Assembly (NCBI GenBank): GCA_039586795.1
Contig: JBDHJS010000044.1
Coordinates: 1-29,284, forward strand
Reading direction: 5' to 3'
DNA length: 29,284 bases
From: Gemmatimonadota bacterium
GTDB lineage: Bacteria; Gemmatimonadota; Gemmatimonadetes; Palauibacterales; KS3-K002
Position numbers and translations under genes: made by a program
Shown here: positions 1 through 7,829 of the stretch, in pieces
How positions within the stretch are numbered: the stretch's first letter is position 1
Layout of the letters: every line of letters starts with the position of its first letter
The notes under the pieces: model-generated
The model's database searches: none
The model's input: only the letters and a program-made list of their open reading frames with translations
What the model was told of the DNA's origin: nothing

Positions 1-343
1 CGGCTGGAGCGGCGCCTGCACCGGGACCGGGCAGTGCGTCGTTACGATGGACCAGGCTAGATCCGCCACCGCGACCTTTACGATCAACACCTACCAGCTG
101 CAGACCTTCGGCGCCGGGACCGGAAACGGCACGATCACATCGAACGTGGGCAGCATCAACTGCACCTGGAACGGTACCAGCCAGAGCGGAACCTGCGCGC
201 AGACCTATAACCACGGTACCGTCGTGACGCTGACGGCGGATCCGACGGGAGGCTCCACCTTCAGCGGCTGGAGCGGCGCCTGCACGGGGACCGGCCAGTG
301 CGTGGTCACCATGTCACAAGCGCGAAACGTGACAGCGACGTTC
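1..343 (+). repeat. Intragenic domain repeat, period 264 nt (88 aa)
   Basis: 1-79 (cggctggagcggcgcctgcaccgggacc...gcgaccttt) recurs at 265-343 (cggctggagcggcgcctgcacggggacc...gcgacgttc). Confidence 0.9.
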
Positions 344-820
344 GTGGCGCCGCCGTCTCCTCCCGTGCTCTCGAATTTCCAGATCAATCTCGTACAGGCG
401 AACGACCCTGTCTTCTGTGGTCACCAGAATCCTCCCGGGAGCTGGTACACCATGACCGCGGATTACACTGACGTAAACGGGGATGTTACCGGCGGGTCGG
501 CGGTGCTTCGCGACAGCACGGTAGTCTTCCCCTTGATCGTCATCACGCTGCCCGGGACTGACCCGGGGACCGGGCTCACCTATACGCTGTCGGGTGACGG
601 CTCTTCAGGCACGATCACGCAAACGAACAAGTGCCTCGTCTTTGGAGGCACGAACAGCATCACCTACCACTGGACGCTCCAGGACGCCCTCGGTCTCTCG
701 AGCAACACGGTCGCCGTGACGGTCACCCGGGGGGTCGGCCAGAACGCGCCAGTGATCACCCAGACGACGCAAGAACTGCCGTCGACGTCAGGAGGACGAG
801 GAGCGGGGGGAGAGAGGTAG
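2..820 (+). CDS. 5'-truncated extracellular/surface protein with divergent InlB B-repeat-like (Flg_new-type) Cys-containing repeats and a C-terminal beta-rich domain
   Basis: The frame is open from base 2 (GWSGACTGTGQCVVTM) upstream of the listed ATG at 47. It has the motif VTLTADPTGGSTFSGWSGACTGTGQCVVTM..ARNVTATF typical of InlB-B-like repeat domains, and a Thr/Gly/Ser-rich composition. Confidence 0.8.
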   Translation, partial: GWSGACTGTGQCVVTMDQARSATATFTINTYQLQTFGAGTGNGTITSNVGSINCTWNGTSQSGTCAQTYNHGTVVTLTADPTGGSTFSGWSGACTGTGQCVVTMSQARNVTATFVAPPSPPVLSNFQINLVQANDPVFCGHQNPPGSWYTMTADYTDVNGDVTGGSAVLRDSTVVFPLIVITLPGTDPGTGLTYTLSGDGSSGTITQTNKCLVFGGTNSITYHWTLQDALGLSSNTVAVTVTRGVGQNAPVITQTTQELPSTSGGRGAGGER

Positions 821-1006
821 CCAGAATCGGCCTTCCGAGGGCCGCCAGAGAGTGGGGTGATTGCGAGTCAACAAGCTGTAAGTATTCTCACTATTGATTG
901 GCCCGGTGATGTGCAACACCTGTCGCGTCGCCGCACACCCTCTCCATCGCGTCCAGCAAACTCAATGGATTTTGGCCTTGTGCCCGTGAAACCCTTTCGC
1001 TATCTA

Positions 1007-1044
1007 CATGATAGCTGCATGATTTAACGTGATTCTTACATGAT
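1007..1044 (+). promoter_or_regulatory. Four phased C(A/G)TGAT direct repeats, candidate transcription-factor binding array
   Basis: CATGAT at 1007, CATGAT at 1018, CGTGAT at 1028 and CATGAT at 1039 (spacing 11, 10, 11 bp) in an AT-richer intergenic stretch. Confidence 0.45.
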
Positions 1045-1173
1045 CGCCTGGATGACCGGCGGGGCACAGTTTTGGCGCAGTGTCCATTGCGGAGTGCTGC
1101 ATACCCAAAGCTAAGAAGAGACAGGCGCGCCCGCTCGGCGCAGTCGGCCCAACGAAAGGCAAGGAGGAGTACA

Positions 1174-1371
1174 TTGCTTTCCTACAAGGATTACAAACAG
1201 CATGTCGCACCTCTTTATAAGAGCGAGATCGACCGGCGCCTATTCGCCACTGCTTCCGGCGATCGTGGCAAGAAGCTGAAGGATCAGATGGCCATCCTGG
1301 CACAGCTGCGCGACCGTTTGCTCGGCCGCTCGACGCCCGAGGAGACGGAGTCGGAAGAGCCGGCGACCTGA
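1174..1371 (+). CDS. Small hypothetical protein (65 aa, TTG start)
   Basis: Strong RBS AGGAGGAG at 1162-1169 followed by an in-frame TTG at 1174. Product MLSYKDYKQHVAPLYKSEIDRRLF...LAQLRDRLLGRSTPEETESEEPAT looks helical with an acidic tail, and a hairpin follows the stop. Confidence 0.65.
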   Translation: MLSYKDYKQHVAPLYKSEIDRRLFATASGDRGKKLKDQMAILAQLRDRLLGRSTPEETESEEPAT

Positions 1372-1401
1372 GGGTGGGCCGGTAGACCTACCGGCTCACT
1401 C
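1372..1401. terminator. GC-rich hairpin between convergent genes
   Basis: gccggtag (1378-1385) and ctaccggc (1388-1395) form a perfect inverted repeat, extendable with G-U pairs to 1372/1401 on the + strand. There is no U-tract. Confidence 0.5.
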
Positions 1402-4026
1402 GATCCTCAGTACATCGACCACATCCACGCGCGTGGCCCGCCAGGCCGGTAGCAAACAGGCCAGCGTGGCCACGACTCCCAGAAAGACCACCGCTACCAT
1501 ATACGCCGCCAGGTCGATCGGCTGCGTCTCGAAGAGTAACTGGCGGACGAGCAAGGTGCCGGGATAGGCCGCGGCTACCCCCAATACCAACCCGATCCCG
1601 ACGAGTGCCAAGCCCTTCCTGAGAACCATGCCCAGCATATCGCCGTTCGACGCGCCCATGGCCAGGCGGACACCGATCTCATTCGTCCGCTGACTCACGT
1701 GGTAGGCGAGTATGCCGTAGAGCCCGATCGCCGTGAGGGCCAGAGCGAGAACCGAAAAAAGCGACAGAGACAGTATCACGATCCTGAAGCTCGACAGCCG
1801 GCTATCGATGATAGATGACATGGCCCTCGGATAAGCGAAGAGGACGTTGGGATCCTTTCGGCGAAGCAGACCTTCGATTGGGCCGACGAGGAGCATCGGA
1901 TCCCCGGACGAGCGCACGGCAATCTGCATCCGTGTGGCGCCGATTTGGGCCGATGCCATATACGCTGCCGCATCGGGTTCGCCACGCAACGTATTCACTC
2001 GAGCGTCACGCACGACGCCGATCACCTCGAACGAGCGGTCCGACCAACCGATCCGCACCTGGCGGCCGACGGGATCGGCATCTTCGAACAGTGTCCGGGC
2101 CACGCGCTCGCTCACCACGATGACGTACGGACTGCCCGGGACATCGGTCGCCGCGATATCCCGCCCCGCCAATAGCTGCATACCCATGGTCTGGAAGTAC
2201 CCGGGAGGAACCCAGCGGGCCATAGCCGAGAAATCGTTCTCGGCCGTCGGAGGCGGCAGCTCCGCTCGCCAGATCGACCAGTCCTGCCAGGGGCTCATGA
2301 TGGGCAGCTTGTTGATCAGAGTGGCCGATTCTACTCCCGGCAAGGCTTCGACCTCCTCGAGCAGTGACGAATAGAACAGGCTGCGCTGCTCCGGCGTCGG
2401 GTAGTCAGCCGCCTGGATCTGCAACTGACCGGTCAACAGGTTCTCGGTACTGAAGCCCAATTCGACCCTAGATAGCTGGGCGAAGCTACGGACCATCAGC
2501 GCCGAACCGATGAGAAGAGCGACGGACAGTGCGACCTGCAGAACCACCAGCCCACTGCGCAGTCGACCGCTGCGGAGGCTCTCCGACGCGTGGTTGCCCG
2601 ACCTCAGTTGTTGTGCCGGCTTCAGAGCCGTGCCCCGTAGAGCCGGGACGATCCCAACGATCAGCCCGGTGGCGATGGATATCGCAAGCGTGAACGCCAA
2701 AGCCGCCATGTTGATGGATGGCTGTTCGGTGCCGAGCTCGCCCGAGGGCAGTAGGGGCAGAAGCGAGTCCTGCAGCGAATAGGCGATGCCAATGCCCAGA
2801 AGGCCGGCAGCGCCGGTCAGGACCACGCTCTCGGTGACCAGCTGGCGCAGCAGTCGACTCCGGGATGCACCCAGCGCCGAGCGCATCGCCATCTCGGACA
2901 GCCGCCGCTCGCCACGTGCCAGCATCAGGCCCGCGACATTGCCACAGGCGATGAGCAAGATCAACGCCGTGGTCGCCAACAGCAGGAGCATACTCGTCTT
3001 TATTCCGTAAGCCATGAACGACCGCATCTCCATCAGCAGCAGACCCTTTGTGCTGTTGCTTTCTGGATACTGCTGAGCCAGGCTGGCGGAGATCCCATCA
3101 GCTTCGCCCTGAGCCTGCTCGATCGATACTCCTGGCTTCAGCCGGCCGACGACGAAGTGGCTGTGCGAGCCCCGGGAGCCGTCGAAAGGCCCAGTACGGT
3201 CGACCAAGCGCCACACATCGGCCTCGTAGAGAAACAGGAAGTCCCTCGGCATCACCCCGATGACGGTGAGCAGCGATCCATCGAGATTCAGCGTGCTCCC
3301 CACGGCGTCGCGGGCACCACCGAAGCGGCTCTGCCAATAGCCGTAGCTGATCAAGGCGAGCCCTGCCCCGCCGTCCGTCTCATCAGCTGATGTGAATCCG
3401 CGGCCAACGACCGGACTCACACCCAGAGCCGGGAACAGATTCCACGTGACGTACGCAGCCTGTACCAACTCCGGCGCGCCACCGCCCATCACCGTGTGCT
3501 GCACGGTGAAGTCGGCGAGCGCGGCCAGCTGCTCGTAGGAATCGCTGAACTCCCGATAGTCGTAGTAGTCGACCCTCGAGACGGGACCGCTTATCCCCCC
3601 ACCTATCGTCTTTAAACCAGCCACCAGCCGATGCGACTCCGGGAACGGGACACCGCGCAGCAAAACCGCGTGAGCCGAGGTGAAGAGGGTCGTGTTGGCT
3701 CCGATGCCGATGGCGAGGATCAGGACGGCGACGACGGTGAAACCGATGTTCTTACGAAGCGTGCGAAACGCGTAGCGTACGTCCTGCAAAAGAGTGTCCA
3801 GTGACGCTCCCAGTCTTCGCTCCCTGACCTTCTCTTTTACCTGCTCCACGCCGCCCAACTCGTACAGCGCTTCACGACGCGCCCGCCGTGGGTCTACTCC
3901 GGCGCGCACCTTCTCTTCCGTAAGGAGGTCGAGGTAGCTGCGAAGCTCCTCATCCAGATCTTCGTCCAGCCGTCGCTTGCGAAAGAGCGATCGCAGCGCG
4001 CTGGCAATTCTGCTATGAGCTGGCAT
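1396..4026 (-). CDS. ADOP-type duplicated ABC transporter permease (MacB-like periplasmic core + FtsX, twice), with N-terminal permease prefix domain
   Basis: 876 aa. Prefix LDEDLDEELRSYLD...LGGVEQVKE, then QDVRYAFRTLRK..GFTVVAVLILAIGIGANT, LLIACGNVAGLMLARG.RR..EMAMRSALGASR.RL.RQL.TES, and GLYGILAYHVSQRTNEIGVRLAMGA. Directly downstream of a PadR gene. Confidence 0.92.
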   Translation of the reverse strand: MPAHSRIASALRSLFRKRRLDEDLDEELRSYLDLLTEEKVRAGVDPRRARREALYELGGVEQVKEKVRERRLGASLDTLLQDVRYAFRTLRKNIGFTVVAVLILAIGIGANTTLFTSAHAVLLRGVPFPESHRLVAGLKTIGGGISGPVSRVDYYDYREFSDSYEQLAALADFTVQHTVMGGGAPELVQAAYVTWNLFPALGVSPVVGRGFTSADETDGGAGLALISYGYWQSRFGGARDAVGSTLNLDGSLLTVIGVMPRDFLFLYEADVWRLVDRTGPFDGSRGSHSHFVVGRLKPGVSIEQAQGEADGISASLAQQYPESNSTKGLLLMEMRSFMAYGIKTSMLLLLATTALILLIACGNVAGLMLARGERRLSEMAMRSALGASRSRLLRQLVTESVVLTGAAGLLGIGIAYSLQDSLLPLLPSGELGTEQPSINMAALAFTLAISIATGLIVGIVPALRGTALKPAQQLRSGNHASESLRSGRLRSGLVVLQVALSVALLIGSALMVRSFAQLSRVELGFSTENLLTGQLQIQAADYPTPEQRSLFYSSLLEEVEALPGVESATLINKLPIMSPWQDWSIWRAELPPPTAENDFSAMARWVPPGYFQTMGMQLLAGRDIAATDVPGSPYVIVVSERVARTLFEDADPVGRQVRIGWSDRSFEVIGVVRDARVNTLRGEPDAAAYMASAQIGATRMQIAVRSSGDPMLLVGPIEGLLRRKDPNVLFAYPRAMSSIIDSRLSSFRIVILSLSLFSVLALALTAIGLYGILAYHVSQRTNEIGVRLAMGASNGDMLGMVLRKGLALVGIGLVLGVAAAYPGTLLVRQLLFETQPIDLAAYMVAVVFLGVVATLACLLPAWRATRVDVVDVLRIE

Positions 4027-4035
4027 ACCGACCCC

Positions 4036-4368
4036 CTAGGTCGCTTCCAGGACTCGCGTGATCGCCATGACGACCTGAGTCCAGTTGCTCCGCTCCTCCC
4101 CCAGCCTCCGCTTACCCGCTGCCGTCAACTGATAATACTTGGCGCGCCGGTTGTTCTCCGATTCGCCCCACGCTCCCTTGATCCACCCTTCCTGTTCGAG
4201 ACGATGGAGCGCCGGAAACAGTGAACCCGGCTTCACCAGGAACACGCCCTCGGTGACCTGGTCAATACGCCGGGAGATTCCCAAGCCGTGTAAAGGCTGT
4301 AGCGACAACGTCTTAAGGATCAGCATGTCGAGGGTGCCCCGCACCAGATCCGCTTTCGAGTTCGCCAT
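4036..4368 (-). CDS. PadR-family transcriptional regulator (acidobacterial type, ADOP-associated)
   Basis: GTLDMLILKTL..QPLHGLGISRRI...GSLFPALHRLE..GWI...WGESENNRRAKYYQLT..G. ATG at 4368 follows a GGAG RBS (4377-4374). Confidence 0.93.
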   Translation of the reverse strand: MANSKADLVRGTLDMLILKTLSLQPLHGLGISRRIDQVTEGVFLVKPGSLFPALHRLEQEGWIKGAWGESENNRRAKYYQLTAAGKRRLGEERSNWTQVVMAITRVLEAT

Positions 4369-4375
4369 CCGCACT

Positions 4376-4417
4376 CCTATCGAATGTCTATAGGTCGACC
4401 TATAGATTACCTATACG
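4376..4417. promoter_or_regulatory. Tandem palindromic operator, likely PadR autoregulation
   Basis: CCTATCGA-atg-TCTATAGG (4376-4394) and CCTATAGA-tta-CCTATACG (4399-4417). Their inner halves form a perfect 20-bp palindrome TCTATAGGTCGACCTATAGA (4387-4406). The first site overlaps the padR RBS. Confidence 0.65.
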
Positions 4418-4477
4418 TATGGATACAGTCAAGCATGGAAAGGTTGTAACGCGAACGGCGTAAGAATGAGGCGGGGG

Positions 4478-4539
4478 AAAACGCGACGAAAGCCGCCGGC
4501 GCCCGAACAAGTCGGGCGCCGTTTCGGGCGGCCGTTTTT
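4478..4539 (-). terminator. Probable intrinsic terminator downstream of aceA
   Basis: 10-bp stem cggcgcccga (4497-4506) / tcgggcgccg (4512-4521) with outer gccgcc/ggcggc arms and short T-runs on both strands, just after the aceA stop. Confidence 0.6.
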
Positions 4540-4543
4540 ACTT

Positions 4544-5902
4544 CTAGTCGGTCCCGGCGGCCTGCTGCTGCACCTCAGTTTGTGCCGAGGGCTGCAGCGG
4601 CTCGATCTTGGCAACCTCTGGCGCCTGGTTGAACTGCTCCTCTTCCGTAGAGCCCTCGAGAGCCAGTGTCGAGGTGAAGTTTCCGGTCGCCGCCTTGGTG
4701 ACCTCGTCGAAATAGCCGGCGCCGACGAACTCCTGATGGCGCGTGGCCTCGTAGCCTTCTTCTTCAGCCGCGAATTCGGCGCTCTGCAGCTCGGCATATG
4801 CCGCCATGCCGCGCTCCTTGAAGCTGCGCGCCAGCCGGAACATGGCGTGGTTCACGGAGTGGAAGCCCGAGAGAGTGACGAACTGGTAGGTGTAGCCCAG
4901 CGCGCCCAGCTCCTCTCGGAAGCTCGCCAGTTGATCATCGTCCAGGTACTTCTTCCAGTTGAACGATGGCGAGCAGTTGTAGGCCATCAGCTTGCCGGGG
5001 AACTTCTCGTACAGCGCGTCGGCGAACTTCTTGGCTTCATCGAGATCCGGGGTCTTGGTCTCGAACCAGACGATATCAGCGTAAGGCGCGTAGGCGAGGG
5101 CGCGGTGGATCGCGGCCTCGACGCCAGGCCGGACTCGCTGGAACCCTTCCGGCGTCCGTTCGCCAGTGAGGAATTCCCGGTCGTACTCGTCAATGTCGTT
5201 GGCGAGGATCGTGGCGCTCTCCGCATCGGTCCTGGCGACGATCAGCGTATCGACGCCGAGTAGATCCGTCGCGAGGCGCGCCGAGACCAGTTTGGAGACG
5301 AACTCACGGGTCGGCACGAGGACTTTGCCACCCAAATGGCCGCACTTCTTGAGCGAGGCCAGCTGATCTTCGAAGTGGACGCCGGCGACGCCCGCCTCGA
5401 TATAAGCCTTCATCAGCTCGTGGGCGTTCAGCAAACCGCCGAACCCCGCCTCGGCATCGGCGACGATCGGAGCGAACCAGTCGACGGAGTTACGACCCTG
5501 CATGTGGTAGATCTGGTCGGCGCGCTGGAAGGCGTTGTTGATTCGCCGGGCCAGCTTGGGCCCGCTGTCCGCCGGATACATGCTCTGGTCGGGATAGGTC
5601 TGTGCGGCGCTGTTCACATCGCCTGCCACCTGCCAGCCGCTGAGGTAGATCGACTTCAGACCTGCCCTGACCTGCTGAATCGCCTGGCTTCCGGTTACAG
5701 CGCTGAGCGCGGAAACCAGCTCACCGGCCTGGAGCATGTTCCAGAGTTTCTGGGCGCCACGTCGGGCCAGCGTGTACTCGATAGGAACGGTGCCGCGTAA
5801 GTTCCAAACGACCTCTGCCGAATACGGTCGCTCGATGCCTTGCCAGCGAGGGGAGTCGTTCCATTCCGCCTCTAGCTGGCTGATGAACCTCGATTTCTCC
5901 AT
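4544..5902 (-). CDS. aceA: Isocitrate lyase
   Basis: 452 aa with catalytic signature [13 protein letters not shown], plus [31 protein letters not shown] and [11 protein letters not shown]. Confidence 0.98.
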   Translation of the reverse strand: MEKSRFISQLEAEWNDSPRWQGIERPYSAEVVWNLRGTVPIEYTLARRGAQKLWNMLQAGELVSALSAVTGSQAIQQVRAGLKSIYLSGWQVAGDVNSAAQTYPDQSMYPADSGPKLARRINNAFQRADQIYHMQGRNSVDWFAPIVADAEAGFGGLLNAHELMKAYIEAGVAGVHFEDQLASLKKCGHLGGKVLVPTREFVSKLVSARLATDLLGVDTLIVARTDAESATILANDIDEYDREFLTGERTPEGFQRVRPGVEAAIHRALAYAPYADIVWFETKTPDLDEAKKFADALYEKFPGKLMAYNCSPSFNWKKYLDDDQLASFREELGALGYTYQFVTLSGFHSVNHAMFRLARSFKERGMAAYAELQSAEFAAEEEGYEATRHQEFVGAGYFDEVTKAATGNFTSTLALEGSTEEEQFNQAPEVAKIEPLQPSAQTEVQQQAAGTD

Positions 5903-5927
5903 CGGTCTGCCTCCGGGGCTAGTGAGC

Positions 5928-7553
5928 TCAGTCGATGTGGTCGTAGGCTACCAGTGTCATGAACTCGGTGAAATCGTCCTTCATGGTTATGTCGTCGAAG
6001 ATGCTCGCGGCACGCTCGAACTTGCCGGAGTCGAAGCGCTCGGTGCCAAGGAAATCGCGCATTCTACTCAGCTCTTCGAACATGATCTCGCGCACGAACC
6101 AGGGGGTGATGACGCGACCGTCGTCCAGCCTGGCCTCGAAGCGCAGCCACTGCCACACCTGGCTGCGTGAGATCTCGGCGGTCGCCGCGTCTTCCATCAA
6201 ATTGTAGATCGGAACGCAGCCGATGCCCTTGAGCCAGGATTCCAGGTACTGGATCCCGACATCGATATTCTGGCGTAGACCGCGCTCGGTGATGTCGCCG
6301 GTGGGCGGCCGCGTGAGATCCTCATGGGTGATGCGTACCTTCTCCAGCGGCCGGTCGATCTGATTCACCCTCTTCATATGGGTGTTGAACACCTCGGCGG
6401 CGACGGGAACCAGGCCGGGGTGAGCGACCCACGTTCCATCGTGGCCGGCCAACACTTCGCGTAGCTTGTCCTGGCGAACCTTCTCCAGCGCCTCTTCGTT
6501 GGCCTTCAAGTTTGTCTTGATCGGAATCTGGGCCGCCATACCGCCCATCGCGTGTGTTCGGCGACGATGGCAGGTCGAGATGAGAAGCTCGACGTAGGAG
6601 CGCATGAAGTGCCGCGTCATCGTGACCTGAGCCCGGTCCGGCAACAGGTATTCGGGCCTAGTTCTGAACGTCTTGATGAAGCTGAAGATGTAGTCCCACC
6701 GTCCGCAGTTGAGGCCGGCAGAGTGCTCCTTGAGCTCGAAGAGAATCTCATCCATCTCGAACGCCGCCGGCAGCGTCTCGATCAGCACGGTCGCCCGAAT
6801 GGTGCCTCTCGGAATGCCAAGCTCATCCTGCGCAGCTTTGAAGACGTCATTCCACAGCCGCGCCTCCAGGTGGCTCTCGAGCTTCGGCAAGTAGAAGTAA
6901 GGCCCGGTGCCGCGCTCGATCAGCTCCGCGGCGTTGTGGAAGAAGTAAAGCCCAAAGTCGAACAGCGATGCCGAGACCGAGGCTCCGTCAACCAGGACGT
7001 GCTTCTCCCAAAGATGCCACCCCCGAGGCCGGACCATCAGCGTCGCCGTTTTCTTGTTCAGCGAGTACGCCTTGCCGTCGGGGCTGGTATACTTGATCTC
7101 GCGGCGCACGGCATCGCGCAGGTTCAATTGGCCATCGATGTTGTTCGCCCAGGTGGGCGAATTCGAGTCCTCGAAGTCGGCCATGAACACGTTGGCGCCG
7201 GAGTTGAGGGCATTGATGATCATCTTGCGGTCGACCGGCCCGGTGATCTCTACGGCACGGCGAACCAGATCCTCCGGGATCGACCCGACCTGCCAGTTCG
7301 CGTTGCGGACATCTCGGGTCTCGGGAGCGAAGCCGGGCGTCGCTCCATCCGCCCACTCGGCCCGGCGCAGGGCGCGGCGTTGAAGAAGCTCGCGGCGGCG
7401 CGGTTCGAATTGGCGGGCGAGTTTCGCTACGAAGAGAAGTGCTTCAGGGGTCAGGATCTGGGCCCACTCGGCGGTGACCGCACCTCGGACCTCGATTCCC
7501 TGCTTCCCGAGCTTCTGATTGAGCGATGCCCGCTGCGCCGTGATGGGATTCAT
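5928..7553 (-). CDS. aceB: Malate synthase A
   Basis: Motifs [50 protein letters not shown] and [18 protein letters not shown]. Start placed at ATG 7553 (MNPITAQ, preceded by GGAGA), giving 541 aa. Confidence 0.97.
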   Translation of the reverse strand: MNPITAQRASLNQKLGKQGIEVRGAVTAEWAQILTPEALLFVAKLARQFEPRRRELLQRRALRRAEWADGATPGFAPETRDVRNANWQVGSIPEDLVRRAVEITGPVDRKMIINALNSGANVFMADFEDSNSPTWANNIDGQLNLRDAVRREIKYTSPDGKAYSLNKKTATLMVRPRGWHLWEKHVLVDGASVSASLFDFGLYFFHNAAELIERGTGPYFYLPKLESHLEARLWNDVFKAAQDELGIPRGTIRATVLIETLPAAFEMDEILFELKEHSAGLNCGRWDYIFSFIKTFRTRPEYLLPDRAQVTMTRHFMRSYVELLISTCHRRRTHAMGGMAAQIPIKTNLKANEEALEKVRQDKLREVLAGHDGTWVAHPGLVPVAAEVFNTHMKRVNQIDRPLEKVRITHEDLTRPPTGDITERGLRQNIDVGIQYLESWLKGIGCVPIYNLMEDAATAEISRSQVWQWLRFEARLDDGRVITPWFVREIMFEELSRMRDFLGTERFDSGKFERAASIFDDITMKDDFTEFMTLVAYDHID

Positions 7554-7829
7554 GGCTGTCTCCGAATGCCTGTGTGTTCCTGCACTCTTTGTTGGGCCGA
7601 CGCGACAATCGTAGGTTGCGGGCCACGTAAAGAAGGCCCGCCCTCCTGCACCTGGTGCCACGCGGGACCTTGCTGATAAAGATTTCTTCTCGCGGGTTTC
7701 CATCCCGAATGCGCAAGTTCGGTTCCAAAACTGGATCAGGTTGCGCCGGGTCGGGCCGCCCCCTATGTCTCACCTGCCCGCCGGTCTGCCGGGCCTTGAT
7801 CTGTCAGGGATCCAACATCGGGTAGAGCG

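Noticed and set aside
1061..1076. Sigma-54 promoter (GGCACAGTTTTGGC)
   Set aside because: GG-N10-GC spacing is present, but the flanking TGG and TTGC consensus positions are not matched.
1072..1173. Longer 99-aa version of the small ORF, and the overlapping minus-strand ORF 1004-1303
   Set aside because: No RBS at 1072 and the extension is low-complexity Arg-rich. The strong RBS at 1162-1169 favours the 1174 start on the plus strand.
7554..7703. N-terminal extension of aceB in the ORF track, and a SAM-I-like or glycine riboswitch in this leader
   Set aside because: The extension is not malate-synthase-like and a better RBS precedes ATG 7553. The leader has only scattered words (ttatc, gaggg, gcaacc) and one hairpin, without the full riboswitch cores.
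7722..7737. GTTCCA-AAAC-TGGATC imperfect palindrome as an IclR-type operator for aceBA
   Set aside because: Short, imperfect and single-copy, with no iclR gene in the window. It cannot be distinguished from chance.
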